Shown in pieces: positions 9,706 to 20,690 of a DNA stretch of 57,389 nucleotides (position 1 is its first letter; the number at the start of each line of letters is the position of its first letter). The position numbers and the translations under genes are program-made. The DNA is taken from the NCBI GenBank assembly GCA_964588465.1, contig CAZPPL010000005.1:2966-60354 (forward strand). The letters are read 5' to 3'. This DNA comes from an uncultured Gammaproteobacteria bacterium (GTDB taxonomy: Bacteria; Patescibacteriota; Patescibacteriia; Patescibacteriales; UBA12465). The notes beneath the pieces are model-generated. The model worked only from the letters and a program-made list of their open reading frames with translations, was not told where the DNA came from and made no database searches.

Positions 9706-11074
9706 ATAATCCATCCCCCTTCCTATTATTAATCTTTTTCTCAATTAATTTATTTTTCTTAGCTAAACGTTCTTTAATTTTTTTATAAACCACAGTCTCT
9801 TGAGCTCCAGAGTCCATATCACGCATTAAAATCGTGCCATCAATAATTTCTTTCTTACCTAATATTAAACTAGTTTTAGCTTGTAAACCTATAGCATCTT
9901 CTAATTGAGTTTTCAAACTATTAGAAGCAAAGGATTGACGCACCTTAAAACCGGCCTGACGTAAATCAACAAATAATTGTGAAGCTTTAATCTTAGCTTG
10001 ATCCCCTAATTGAGCAATGAATACTATATCATCTTCTGGTTTATCCATCAAGCTAGACTTATCTTTAATACGCGCTATAGTTCTCTCTATACCAATAGCC
10101 AAACCAAAAGCTGGAGTATCTAGTCCTCCTAGTTTTTCTATTAAAGAGTCATAACGACCACCACCGGCTAAAGCTAAACGTCCCGAAGGGACTCCCTCAT
10201 CATTAACTGGCCAAAATTCAAAAACGGTATCATTATAATAACTTAAACCACGTACTAGATAAGGATTAAAATTATAATTAATATTTAACTCATCCAGAGA
10301 TTCTAAGGTTTTAGTAAAATGTTCTCGACTCTCCGTAGATAAATAATCTACAATTTGCGGAGCTTCCTCATATAATTTAAGACAAGTATCATTTTGACAA
10401 TCCAATAGACTTAAACAATTCTTGCCTAAATTATTTTTACAATAATGACAGAGTTTAGAGCGTCGTCCAGTTTCTTTATAGAAATTCGCCAACTTATTAC
10501 AATATTCATGTTGACATTCTGCCGTACCAATACTATTGATCTGTACTTGGACTTTTACCTTTAACTCAGAAAAAAAATTAAGAACCATGGTAATGAGTAG
10601 GGCCTCGGCTAAAGCTTTATTTTCTCCGATAATCTCCCAATTGACCTGAGTGGATTCACGATAGTGTCCACTCTGTAATTTTTCGCGACGAAAAACTGGT
10701 CCCAAAGAAAAGAAACGAAGCGGTAAACCATTCTCACTCAAGTTATTCTCCAGATAAGCCCGAATTATACCTTGAGTCATCTCGGGACGTAAGGTAATCT
10801 TTTCGTTCTTATTCCCTTCTACGGAATAAAATTCTTTATCAATATTTTTTCTAGTAGATTTCTTATATAAATCATAAGTTTCTAAAATGGGGGTCTTAAT
10901 TGAAGAAAAACCATATAGTTTAGAAAACTCCCAAGCTTTTTCCACTACATAATCATAATGCTGAGAATCATTTTCTATCAAATCTTTCATTCCTAATAAG
11001 CGCGGAGAAATTCTCTCTTTTCTTTTCTCTAGAGCAGCTAGAGATTCAGCACTAATTTTCTTTACTTTAGGCAT
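9677..11074 (-). CDS. hisS: Histidine--tRNA ligase family protein (motif 2 divergent)
   Basis: LRPEMT, LVRGLSYY, GGGRYD, FGLAIGIER, C-terminal anticodon-binding domain. Confidence 0.8.
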   Translation of the reverse strand: MPKVKKISAESLAALEKRKERISPRLLGMKDLIENDSQHYDYVVEKAWEFSKLYGFSSIKTPILETYDLYKKSTRKNIDKEFYSVEGNKNEKITLRPEMTQGIIRAYLENNLSENGLPLRFFSLGPVFRREKLQSGHYRESTQVNWEIIGENKALAEALLITMVLNFFSELKVKVQVQINSIGTAECQHEYCNKLANFYKETGRRSKLCHYCKNNLGKNCLSLLDCQNDTCLKLYEEAPQIVDYLSTESREHFTKTLESLDELNINYNFNPYLVRGLSYYNDTVFEFWPVNDEGVPSGRLALAGGGRYDSLIEKLGGLDTPAFGLAIGIERTIARIKDKSSLMDKPEDDIVFIAQLGDQAKIKASQLFVDLRQAGFKVRQSFASNSLKTQLEDAIGLQAKTSLILGKKEIIDGTILMRDMDSGAQETVVYKKIKERLAKKNKLIEKKINNRKGDGLYGRFQEKTR

Positions 11075-11079
11075 AATGA

Positions 11080-11649
11080 TTAATTATTATATTTAGGCCA
11101 ATAAGCAGAATCAAATACAGTAAATTTATCCAAAGGCCAACCACGTAGCAAGACCTTACCTACAATGAAACTAGAGTTAACTGGACCGAAAAATCGCGAA
11201 TCTTTAGAGGCTGGACGATTATCACCTAAAACGAAATATTGATGTGGTCCAATATTAATCTTATTCTGATCTTGATCAAAGGTATCTAAACCCTTCGGTA
11301 AATATTTTTCCGATAGAATAAATCCTTTAGGATGAGCTGTATTAAATATAATAATATGTCCAGACTTAAATTCAATTTGTTCTCCGGGTAAACCAATCAC
11401 TCTCTTAATAAAATATTCTTGAGGATCCAAGGGGTAACGAAAGACGATAACCTGACCACGCTGAGGTGGAGTGAAACGATAACTGATTTCGTCTACAATT
11501 AAATATTGATTATTCTGAAAATTAGGTTGCATTGAAGACCCTTTAACATAAAAAGGTTGAATCAAAAAATAACGTACTGGTAAAATAATAGCCAAAGATA
11601 TCAGTACTACCTTAGTGATTTCCAAAACAAATAAAAAAAACTTCTTCAT
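11080..11649 (-). CDS. lepB: Signal peptidase I
   Basis: GSSMQPN (catalytic Ser), FIKRVIGLPGE (Lys), GDNR..S.DSR; likely start MKKFFLF at 11649. Confidence 0.95.
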   Translation of the reverse strand: MKKFFLFVLEITKVVLISLAIILPVRYFLIQPFYVKGSSMQPNFQNNQYLIVDEISYRFTPPQRGQVIVFRYPLDPQEYFIKRVIGLPGEQIEFKSGHIIIFNTAHPKGFILSEKYLPKGLDTFDQDQNKINIGPHQYFVLGDNRPASKDSRFFGPVNSSFIVGKVLLRGWPLDKFTVFDSAYWPKYNN

Positions 11650-11721
11650 AAAAAAATAATGATTAACCTCTACTATACCAAAAAAAAATAAATAAATCAA
11701 ATAAGCTAATTTATCTAATAT

Positions 11722-12819
11722 TTAATAAATAAACATGGCATCTCCATAGCTAAAAAAGCGGTATCTTTGCTTAATCGCTTCTTGATAGGCTTTATTAATT
11801 CTATCAGAACCAGCCAAGGCACTAACCAACATTAATAAAGTAGATTTTGGCAAATGAAAATTGGTAATTAGAGCATCAACTACATTGAAATGATAGCCAG
11901 GATATATAAAGATATCAGTCCATAGAGACTGTGGGTTTAACTTTTTATTATTTTTTTCATTCCCTATAATTTCGGTCCAATCTAAAGACTCTAAGGCTCG
12001 ACAGCTGGTGGTTCCTACGGCAATAATCCGCCCTCCAGATAATTTAGTCGCTATAATTGCCTTTTGGATCTTGACTCCTAACTCTACAAACTCACTATGC
12101 ATCTTATGATCAATGATATTTTCAGTTTTAACTGGCAAAAAAGTGCCTAAACCAACATGTAACGTGAGGTACTCTATCTTTATTCCTAAAGCTCTAAGGT
12201 CGGCTAGTAGCTTCTTAGTAAAATGTAGACCGGCTGTAGGAGCAGCTACTGAACCAAGTTTATGATTATCAGCAAAAACAGTCTGATAATTTTTTTTATC
12301 ACTAATTAAAGTTGTTGATCTCTTAATATAAGGAGGCAGAGGTACCTCACCTATTTTATTAATTTCCTGCCAAAAGGCCTTACCACTTAAATTAAATTTA
12401 AGATGTCTAGTATAATCAGATTTATTTAGAACAATTTTCCCTTTCAAACCAGAAGAAAATATAATAATTTGACCAGGTCTAACCCGACCCCGAGCTAAAC
12501 ATTCCCAAATATTTACTGGAGAAGAATTTGCAATACCAAGTTCAGAATTATTTAATTTCCGATGTAATAATACTTCTATCTTTCCACCCGTGGACTCTCG
12601 TTGACCAATTAATCTAGCTGGAAAAACTTTAGAATTATTTAAGATTAATAAATCTCCAGGATGTAAATAGTTAATCAATTCATAAAAGTGCTGATGCCGA
12701 ATCTCTCCAGTTTCTTTATTTAATAATAAAAGTCGCGAATGATCTCGGGGTTTAATTGGTTTTTGGGCTATTAATTCTAAAGGTAAGTAATAATCAAAAT
12801 CTTTAACCTTATAATTCAT
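11722..12819 (-). CDS. queA: SAM:tRNA ribosyltransferase-isomerase QueA
   Basis: DFDYYLPLELIAQ, PLPPYI, AAPTAGLHF, TNFHLPKSTL, YRFFSYGDAM. Confidence 0.97.
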   Translation of the reverse strand: MNYKVKDFDYYLPLELIAQKPIKPRDHSRLLLLNKETGEIRHQHFYELINYLHPGDLLILNNSKVFPARLIGQRESTGGKIEVLLHRKLNNSELGIANSSPVNIWECLARGRVRPGQIIIFSSGLKGKIVLNKSDYTRHLKFNLSGKAFWQEINKIGEVPLPPYIKRSTTLISDKKNYQTVFADNHKLGSVAAPTAGLHFTKKLLADLRALGIKIEYLTLHVGLGTFLPVKTENIIDHKMHSEFVELGVKIQKAIIATKLSGGRIIAVGTTSCRALESLDWTEIIGNEKNNKKLNPQSLWTDIFIYPGYHFNVVDALITNFHLPKSTLLMLVSALAGSDRINKAYQEAIKQRYRFFSYGDAMFIY

Positions 12820-12848
12820 AAATTTTCAACAAATCATAAACTTTTAAA

Positions 12849-13865
12849 TCAGCTATTCACTCGGGGGTTCTCCAAACCTAAATGCTGATAGCCTAGAGAA
12901 GTAACTATTCGTCCGCGAGGAGAGCGATCTAGAAACCCGAGTTGCATTAAATAAGGTTCATAAACGTTTTCAATAGTGTCCATCTCTTCGCCAGTGGCGG
13001 CTGCTAAGGTATTAAGTCCAACTGGGCCTCCTTTAAATTTATCAACAATAATTTCTAGAATATGTCTATCAATTAGATCTAAGCCTAATTTATCCACTTC
13101 TAGTAATTCAAAAGCTGCTAAACTATCCACTAAAGAAATCCGACCATCTCCTTTGACCTCACAATAATCTCGAACTCTTTTTAACAAACGATTAGCAATA
13201 CGTGGAGTCCGCCGACTTCGTTTGGCTATCTCTTGTTTGGCTTCTTGTTCAATTTTAACTTTCAGAATACCAGCACTACGCTCAATTATACTTTCAATAT
13301 CAGGAATTTCATAAAAATTTAAATGGTGAGTAATTCCAAAACGATCCCGTAAAGGAGCTGATAGTAAACTAGCTAGAGTAGTGGCTCCGATAATAGTAAA
13401 TTTTGGTAAATCCAGACGCAAAGTACGAGCACTAGGCCCCTTACCCATAATAATATCTAAAGCATAATCTTCCATCGCGGGATATAGAATTTCTTCCACG
13501 GTTTTATTTAAACGATGGATCTCATCAATAAATAAAATATCACCAGCTTCTAAATTGGTTAAAATAGCTGCTAAATCTCCACTCTTTTCAATAGCTGGAC
13601 CAGAGGTAACTCTAATATTTGCTCCTATTTCATTAGCAATCACATGAGCCATAGTTGTTTTCCCTAAACCAGGAGCTCCATATAATAAAACATGTTCAAT
13701 GGGTTCATCACGTTTTTTTGCCGCTGCAATGGTTATAGCTAAATTCTTTTTGATTTTCTCTTGCCCAATATATTCAGTTAAAGTTTTAGGACGCAAAGAT
13801 AAATCCCAGGCTTCGTCACCTTGATGTTCTATCGGACTAATTAAACGATCAGAATTGTTAGCCAT
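12849..13865 (-). CDS. ruvB: Holliday junction branch migration helicase RuvB
   Basis: [41 protein letters not shown]. Confidence 0.97.
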   Translation of the reverse strand: MANNSDRLISPIEHQGDEAWDLSLRPKTLTEYIGQEKIKKNLAITIAAAKKRDEPIEHVLLYGAPGLGKTTMAHVIANEIGANIRVTSGPAIEKSGDLAAILTNLEAGDILFIDEIHRLNKTVEEILYPAMEDYALDIIMGKGPSARTLRLDLPKFTIIGATTLASLLSAPLRDRFGITHHLNFYEIPDIESIIERSAGILKVKIEQEAKQEIAKRSRRTPRIANRLLKRVRDYCEVKGDGRISLVDSLAAFELLEVDKLGLDLIDRHILEIIVDKFKGGPVGLNTLAAATGEEMDTIENVYEPYLMQLGFLDRSPRGRIVTSLGYQHLGLENPRVNS

Positions 13866-13874
13866 ATAATTTAG

Positions 13875-16800
13875 TTAAACTTTACGAAATTCACAAATAT
13901 TTCGAAAATCACAAAAGCTACACAAAGGACTTGGCGAAGGTTCAAAATTCAAAGCTTTAATAGAATCAATCTCTTGCCTAATTTCTAAACGCAGTTTATC
14001 TATATCTTTTTCAGTGGCAATGAAAGAAACTTTTCTACCATTTTCTATATAATAATAGCTTAGCAGACTCACTTTTACTGCCAAAAATTCTTCTAAAAAT
14101 AATTGATAGAGAATCAATTGACGCTTATCTTTAAAACCTAATTTATCTTTAGGATTACCAGTTTTATAATCAATAATTTCTAGACTGCCATCAGTCTGTC
14201 GGTCCACCCTGTCAATCGTCCCCTTAATTATATCAGAGCCAACGCGGAAAGAAAACCTTTTTTCCAGAAACAAAATATTAGGCTTAGAATTATGGCAATA
14301 ATCATAAAAAAATTTCTTGAGTGCTTTCTGACCTTTAATTTTATATTTTTCCCGCTCTTCTTTATCTTGATAACCATCTTCCTGCCAAAACTCCTGATAT
14401 AAAGCTAATAGTTGCTTTTCGGTTAATAGGCTAGCAATCTTCTCCTGAATTTTCTTCTTTTGGTCTTTATCAGAACTTACAAATAAGCTCCCTTGAGCAC
14501 TGGACCTTTCGCTTAAAGTTGGCAACAAAAAATTATATAGAGTAGTATGGATAACTCGTCCAAAAATTAAAGAAGCCTTATCAGTAGAAACGGGGACTTT
14601 TAAAATAAAAGCGAATTTATATTGTAAAGGACAGGTAGAATAAGCAGCTAATTGAGAAAAAGAGAACTTAGTCGGCAAGGGGTAATGATTAAGAACTATT
14701 TTCTTCTTATTCAATTTTAATTCCCGTTTATTTAGATAGTGCAAATTCCGTAAAAATTCATTATCAATACTTAAGCTTATTTCCAAATCAAGAGAATTTT
14801 CTAAACCCATCTCGGTAATAAAACGTGAAGGTTTTTTCTCACGAGCTCCGCCGTAATCTTTGGCAGCGGTTAAATATAATTCTTCTTTGGCCCGAGTTGC
14901 GGCTACATAAAATAAACGACGTTCTTCTTCTAAATGACTACGAGGGTTAAGATTCACTTGTTCGGGCACTAAAGCATCGGGTAAAGAAATTTTTTCGCCA
15001 TGAGAAATAGTAGGGAATCTTTTATCCACCAAACCAACTATAAATACATACCTAAATTCTAGACCTTTAGCCCCATGAACAGTCATAATTTTAACCGTTT
15101 CACTATCAATAAAATCTAGTTTTAAAGCTCCAGTTTCTCCCGCTTCTAATTCTAAGTCAATTGCAGTCAAGAAATCTTTAAGTCTTAAATCTGGTTCAGC
15201 TTCTTCTAATTTTTTAATTTTTTGATAAAACTGATTAAGATAAGAGAACTGTTCTAAATCACGATCTCGATCTAAACCAACTAATAGCCCCGAGTCATAA
15301 ACAAAATGTAAAAATATTTTAGTCGGCTTCTGTCTAGCCACTGACAGAGAATGTTTAGCTATTAAATTTATTAATTTATTAACCCTTACAATACTACCAG
15401 AACTAATTCCCGAAATAGCATTAATATTTTTTAGAGCTTCATATAAAGACCAAACTTTGCGTCTAGCCATTTTATTAATAGTAATTAAATCTAGATGAGA
15501 AATCTTAAAGGGGTTCATATTCAACACTCTAAATAGAGCAGAAGATTCATGATAGTTATCTAGCAATCTAAAATAAGCCAAAATATCTAAAATTAAAGGT
15601 TTATAATATAATCCTCGCCAAGACATGAATTGATTAGGAATAGCTTGACGATTTAGTTCTTGGACATAGGCATCAGCGGTATTGTTGGCTCGCACTAAAA
15701 TTGCGAAGTCCGACCATAGAACAGAATTAATTTTAGCTTGGCTATACAATTCTTTAATCCTTTGTGCCACATAACTTACTTCATCACTATCAGAAGAAAA
15801 ATCTAAAAATCTAACTGGGGGCGAAGAATACTTCAGCTTAGCTACTGTACCACGGGCAATTAATTTTTTATTAATTTTTAATTTAGTCTCTAGACGATTG
15901 GGATTATTATTTTGGATTAAACGATAGGCTCGATCTAAAATTTCCTGGTTGGAACGATAATTTTCTGTTAAAATAATCTCTTGAGCCTTAGGATAATCAT
16001 CCTTAAATTGCATGATATTAGATAAAGAAGCCCCTCTAAATTTATAAATCGCTTGGTCATCATCACCTACCACTACTAAATTATTCCGGGGTAAGGCTAA
16101 AGTCTTTATTAACTCATATTGAGCCCAATTAGTATCTTGGAACTCATCAACCATAATATATTTAAATTTAGTCCGATAAAACTTTAAGATATAGGGACGC
16201 TCTCGCCATAATTTTAGAGTATAAATTAACAAATCACCAAAATCTAAAAAATTATTATCCAATAATAGCTGGTTATAAGTTTGATAAGCATTGGCCAATT
16301 CCTTAATCCTTCCAACTTCCAATTTTATTTCTTCAGATTCTTTAAGCTCATTGATCTTATGAGGTGATGAATCTAATAATCCAGAAGCCATTACCGATTT
16401 TTTTGATTTCTTAAGACCTACTTTTACTTTATTAACTAATTGATTACTACCTAAACGATTATCTTGATCCGACTCTAGATCTTCAGCATATTTTAAATAT
16501 TCGGTCACACTAATATTTTCATCTTTTAAACGAGAAAAATGGCTAACTAACTCGGAGATAAATTTAGTCGGATTTCCTAGAGGACGATAATAGTCTAAGC
16601 TAAAATCTGCTAAATTTTTTTTAATAAGTACCCACTGTTCAGTCTGAGTCAATAATTTGAAATTGGGGTTCAACCCAATATCCAATCCAAATTCCCTTAG
16701 AATTCTTTCACCAAAACTATGAAAAGTATTAATCCATAAATCTAGATAGCCATAAGGCAAAATTTGTTCTGCTCGAAGAGTCATTTCCTCAGCCGCCTTC

Positions 16801-16985
16801 TCTGTGAAAGTTAATAACAAAACTTCTTCCATCTTAACCTTCTTCTCTATCATCAAATAAGCTAAACGGTTAATTAAAACCGTAGTTTTCCCAGTACCAG
16901 CCCCAGCAACAATAAGTAAAGGACCATCACCATGTAAAACAGCTTGCTGTTGAGCTTTATTTAATTTTTCTAAAAAATTGGACAT
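13875..16985 (-). CDS. UvrD/PcrA-type SF1 helicase fused to a C-terminal RecB-family PD-(D/E)XK nuclease with 4-Cys motif
   Basis: AGAGTGKT, VDEFQD, GDDDQAIYKFRGA, TVHGAKGLEF, EERRLFYVAATRA; nuclease FSFSQL...CP, GTIDRVD, IIDYKTG, QL..Y, C..C.....C. Confidence 0.92.
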   Translation of the reverse strand: MSNFLEKLNKAQQQAVLHGDGPLLIVAGAGTGKTTVLINRLAYLMIEKKVKMEEVLLLTFTEKAAEEMTLRAEQILPYGYLDLWINTFHSFGERILREFGLDIGLNPNFKLLTQTEQWVLIKKNLADFSLDYYRPLGNPTKFISELVSHFSRLKDENISVTEYLKYAEDLESDQDNRLGSNQLVNKVKVGLKKSKKSVMASGLLDSSPHKINELKESEEIKLEVGRIKELANAYQTYNQLLLDNNFLDFGDLLIYTLKLWRERPYILKFYRTKFKYIMVDEFQDTNWAQYELIKTLALPRNNLVVVGDDDQAIYKFRGASLSNIMQFKDDYPKAQEIILTENYRSNQEILDRAYRLIQNNNPNRLETKLKINKKLIARGTVAKLKYSSPPVRFLDFSSDSDEVSYVAQRIKELYSQAKINSVLWSDFAILVRANNTADAYVQELNRQAIPNQFMSWRGLYYKPLILDILAYFRLLDNYHESSALFRVLNMNPFKISHLDLITINKMARRKVWSLYEALKNINAISGISSGSIVRVNKLINLIAKHSLSVARQKPTKIFLHFVYDSGLLVGLDRDRDLEQFSYLNQFYQKIKKLEEAEPDLRLKDFLTAIDLELEAGETGALKLDFIDSETVKIMTVHGAKGLEFRYVFIVGLVDKRFPTISHGEKISLPDALVPEQVNLNPRSHLEEERRLFYVAATRAKEELYLTAAKDYGGAREKKPSRFITEMGLENSLDLEISLSIDNEFLRNLHYLNKRELKLNKKKIVLNHYPLPTKFSFSQLAAYSTCPLQYKFAFILKVPVSTDKASLIFGRVIHTTLYNFLLPTLSERSSAQGSLFVSSDKDQKKKIQEKIASLLTEKQLLALYQEFWQEDGYQDKEEREKYKIKGQKALKKFFYDYCHNSKPNILFLEKRFSFRVGSDIIKGTIDRVDRQTDGSLEIIDYKTGNPKDKLGFKDKRQLILYQLFLEEFLAVKVSLLSYYYIENGRKVSFIATEKDIDKLRLEIRQEIDSIKALNFEPSPSPLCSFCDFRNICEFRKV

Positions 16986-16994
16986 GATTCTCGT

Positions 16995-18260
16995 TTAGAA
17001 CTTCAAAATATTTTTGAATTTATCAGTCTGAGTACGACCAATAAGTGCTAAGTTTAAATTGTGATTAACAAAAATTTTTTTAGCAATATTTTGTATATCT
17101 AGAGCACTAATCTTCTTAACCTGCTGTAAAAATTCCTTAGGACTTAATATTTTATCACGCAGGATTGCTTGACGAGCATACCAAATCGCTAAATTATCAG
17201 TAGTTTCCATCTGTAATAATGATTTTCCTTGTAACAAATCCTGAACTCGCTTTAATTCTGAGCTACTAACTAGAACTTTAGTCATTTTATAATATTCCGC
17301 CAAGATAATTTTAACAGCTTCTACTGATTTACTGGTTGGTACCCCAGCTTGAGTGGTTAGATAACCAGAATCCGAATAAACTTCCGAGCTAGTTCTAACA
17401 TAATAAGCTAAACCTTGGCGTCCTCGCAAATGAATGAATAAACGGGAACTCATAGATCCTCCTAAAATTATCGCCAATAATTTAACTATAAACTCTTGCT
17501 TTTGCCCAGACGGATAAGTCCGTACCCCTAAGGATAAATTAATTTGATCAGTCTTCTTATAAATAATTTTTAGTTGAGGTTTAAGTTGTTTTTCTCTAAC
17601 CGCTAATTTATTCTGCCACTTATTACTGGGAAAATTGGCAAATAACAGACGGGCTCTTTCCTCATCGTTTTTTTTAAATCTTCCAGTTAAAATTACATAC
17701 ATACTTTTAGCTCCATACTGACTATGTAAATAATTTATGAAATCTTCTCGTTTAAAACGCCTAATATTAGCTTTAGTACCAATAGTTTCCCACCCCGCGG
17801 GGGTATCTCCATATAAACAAGATTCAAAAACGTCTTCTACATGCATGAGAGGATTATCTTCATACATATTTAATTCTTCAATAATTACTCCCTTTTCTCT
17901 CTCTATTTCCTCAGTAGCAAATTTAGAATTCAACAGCATATCACTGACAATACTTAAAGCAACTTTTAACTTAGGGGGAGCGACCTTAATCCAATAACCC
18001 ATATATTCTTTGGAAGTAAAAGCGTTGTATTCGCTACCTAATGAATCTAAAGCACTAGATAGAGCTAAAGTATTAGGATAGCGAGTAGTTCCTTTAAAAA
18101 ACATATGCTCCAAAAAATGGGACAAACCATTATTTTGGCGATTTTCATATTTAGAACCAGTCTTCACGATAACTAAGACTGTGGCCGTAGTCGCCTCTGG
18201 CAGAGGAACCATAATCAGCGGGAGTTCATTAGCTAAAATATTAATTCTATATTTATTCAT
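16995..18260 (-). CDS. M16 (pitrilysin) family zinc peptidase
   Basis: Inverted zinc motif HFLEHMFFKGT; NAFTSKE; SSRLF...R...GLAY. Confidence 0.93.
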   Translation of the reverse strand: MNKYRINILANELPLIMVPLPEATTATVLVIVKTGSKYENRQNNGLSHFLEHMFFKGTTRYPNTLALSSALDSLGSEYNAFTSKEYMGYWIKVAPPKLKVALSIVSDMLLNSKFATEEIEREKGVIIEELNMYEDNPLMHVEDVFESCLYGDTPAGWETIGTKANIRRFKREDFINYLHSQYGAKSMYVILTGRFKKNDEERARLLFANFPSNKWQNKLAVREKQLKPQLKIIYKKTDQINLSLGVRTYPSGQKQEFIVKLLAIILGGSMSSRLFIHLRGRQGLAYYVRTSSEVYSDSGYLTTQAGVPTSKSVEAVKIILAEYYKMTKVLVSSSELKRVQDLLQGKSLLQMETTDNLAIWYARQAILRDKILSPKEFLQQVKKISALDIQNIAKKIFVNHNLNLALIGRTQTDKFKNILKF

Positions 18261-18396
18261 ATTTTTGTTATTATATAACTTAAAATTATATCTTGAAGAA
18301 TACTTAAATATTTAATAGCTCATTCTAAATTTACCACATCTCTGATATAATTAAAAGTAGAATGAAACATTTAATTTTATTTAATTATTTAAGTTT

Positions 18397-19113
18397 ATGT
18401 CCTATAAAATAAAAAATCATAATTTTGTTTTGAAACATGGTACACCCTATAAAATTTTGTTGATTAAGGATAGGCCAGAAGAAGAAAAACCTCGGGAAAA
18501 AATTATTAAGGCTGGAGTTGGTTCTCTAAGCTCAGCCGAACTATTGGCTGTTATCCTGGGAGTGGGTACTAGGAGGGAAGAAGTTTTTTCTATGGCCAGT
18601 CGCCTACTCCATGAATATGGCGAGAAAGGAGTTGCCTATCAAAAAAATCCGATAATAATTGAAAAGGATCTGAATATACCTTTAACCAAGGCCTGTCAAA
18701 TTGTAGCTTGTTTTGAATTGGGGCGTCGTTTTTACCAAAAAAAACCCGGCGGCTCTATAACTATTCGTACCGCCACCCAAGCTTTTAATTATTTAAAAGA
18801 TATGGGAAATTTACATAAAGAACAATTTCGAGGACTTTATTTAAATGTCCACTACCAATTAATTCACGATGAACTAATTTCTCTGGGGACTCTAGACGCC
18901 ACTCTAATTCATCCGCGAGAAGTTTTTGCTCCCGCTTTAGAATATTCAGCGGCGGCGATAATTATCGCTCACAATCATCCTTCTGGAGTACTAACAGCTA
19001 ATAAGGCCGATATAGAAATTACCAATATTTTAATGGAAGCGGGTAAAATTTTAGATATTGAAATTCTCGATCATATAATTATCGGAAAAAATCGTTTCAA
19101 AAGTATTATTTAG
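18397..19113 (+). CDS. radC: RadC family JAB-domain protein
   Basis: PREK, LSSAELLAVILG, HPREVF, AHNHPSG, LDHIIIG. Confidence 0.93.
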   Translation: MSYKIKNHNFVLKHGTPYKILLIKDRPEEEKPREKIIKAGVGSLSSAELLAVILGVGTRREEVFSMASRLLHEYGEKGVAYQKNPIIIEKDLNIPLTKACQIVACFELGRRFYQKKPGGSITIRTATQAFNYLKDMGNLHKEQFRGLYLNVHYQLIHDELISLGTLDATLIHPREVFAPALEYSAAAIIIAHNHPSGVLTANKADIEITNILMEAGKILDIEILDHIIIGKNRFKSII

Positions 19114-19137
19114 ATTATTATTACGCTACAAAATATT

Positions 19138-19455
19138 ATGCTAAAAAAATATAGAATCCACTCTTCCTCTAAATTAGTAAAAGACGAAACTAGCACTAAA
19201 TTCCACGTTATAAGCGATGATTATTTTGGAACTATCGCCACTATTTTGAGTTTGCTCAAACAACAATTGAAACAGAATAGCACTGAAAATTATAGAACTG
19301 TATCAAAAACTTTTAAAGATTTAGAGAACGATTTGCTATTTCTTCAAAAAAACTATCACATCCAGCCCCGTGATAAAAATTCTATCATAACTCATAGTAA
19401 ACCTAAAATTAAGAATAAAAATAATAAACCAAAAGGCAAACTTAATAGCCAGTGA
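19138..19455 (+). CDS. Hypothetical protein
   Basis: 105-aa ATG-initiated ORF directly downstream of radC; 3' end overlaps the convergent gene by 64 nt. Confidence 0.55.
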   Translation: MLKKYRIHSSSKLVKDETSTKFHVISDDYFGTIATILSLLKQQLKQNSTENYRTVSKTFKDLENDLLFLQKNYHIQPRDKNSIITHSKPKIKNKNNKPKGKLNSQ

Positions 19456-20690
19456 TCAAATAACATTAACACTAATAGAGCAATGAAGACTGCTCCAGCT
19501 AAAATTGTTCGACGATTTTTTTTTAATAAAAATAGAAATAACAAGAAAAAAATTAAAGCAAAAATTCCACTTTCCGCCCATAATAATAGAAAAACATTAT
19601 GAACTGGCTGATAGGCCCAAATATTCTGAGAATTAGTATCTCGTTTAGCTAAGGCTAAGGTATAATTACCAATACCTACACCAAAGGCCCAATTATTTTT
19701 AATTAAATTTTTAGCTTGTATTAAATAAGTTTCTCGTTGCTGAATGGACTTCTGTTCTAAGCGAGTGTGATCACTAACCCGCACTGCTACTAAACTCCTA
19801 TAAGGATAAGCTACGATGAATATCATGGCTAAAGAAAAGAATATCAATACTATGAAGCGCCCTATAACCCAATGATCTCGTTTGGCGATGAAAGCAATTA
19901 AAAGAAATATTAAGCCCAGCGCTAAAGCCAGCCAAGCTGCTCTGGAAAAAGTAAAAAATAAAGCAAATAAAGCGACAAAATAAAAAATAAATAAAAATAG
20001 TGATTCTATAACTTCAGTTTTTCCGCGAATTACTTTCTTTTTGGCCAACAGATAGGCCACTATGATTAAAGAAATAGCTAAAACGCCACCAAAAATATTA
20101 GGATGATCTAAACCACCATAAGCTCGTAACCAACGACCAGATATGGTCTCTACCACCGCTGTACCTGCCACACTAGGATCATGTGGAGCCAATCCTAAAT
20201 ATTTGAAACCAGGAGCATACTGTTCCAAAAATTGATAGATTCCTAAAATAGCCTGCAAAAAAATGCTGGCCAAAAAACTATAAATAATCTTAGATTTATC
20301 TAACCAGGTTTTTTGAAACCCTTGAGCTGATTGACCTTCACGTAATAGATAAAATAAAGCGATACCTAAAACAAATATCACATAGTAATAAAAGGCCAAC
20401 ACTTGATCAAAAGCAAAAAAGAATGATACCAGAATCATCAACTCTAATCCAATTAGACTAATCCATAACCAAGAAATTTTTTCAGTTTTATCTTTCTGAC
20501 GCAATTTATATACAAAAAAGATAATGAGAATTAACAATAATAGTATATAACTCAGATATAAGCTAATCTCCGTAAAATTGGTAGCGGCAGGACGCAATAT
20601 TATCTTAGTTTGCCAGGGGAATAGAAAAACAAAAAGATAAAAGGAATATTCAATTGTCCGCTGTAAAAATTTTTTTAATTTGATTTTCAT
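19392..20690 (-). CDS. O-antigen ligase (Wzy_C/WaaL) family membrane protein
   Basis: Multi-TM; RAYGGLDHPN, TFSRAAW, GVGIGNY, PVHNVFLLLWAESG. Confidence 0.88.
   Translation of the reverse strand: MKIKLKKFLQRTIEYSFYLFVFLFPWQTKIILRPAATNFTEISLYLSYILLLLILIIFFVYKLRQKDKTEKISWLWISLIGLELMILVSFFFAFDQVLAFYYYVIFVLGIALFYLLREGQSAQGFQKTWLDKSKIIYSFLASIFLQAILGIYQFLEQYAPGFKYLGLAPHDPSVAGTAVVETISGRWLRAYGGLDHPNIFGGVLAISLIIVAYLLAKKKVIRGKTEVIESLFLFIFYFVALFALFFTFSRAAWLALALGLIFLLIAFIAKRDHWVIGRFIVLIFFSLAMIFIVAYPYRSLVAVRVSDHTRLEQKSIQQRETYLIQAKNLIKNNWAFGVGIGNYTLALAKRDTNSQNIWAYQPVHNVFLLLWAESGIFALIFFLLFLFLLKKNRRTILAGAVFIALLVLMLFDHWLLSLPFGLLFLFLILGLL

Noticed and set aside
9706-9744. N-terminal extension of rpsU in the ORF track
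   Set aside because: The SD-like sequence and S21 similarity point to ATG 9705
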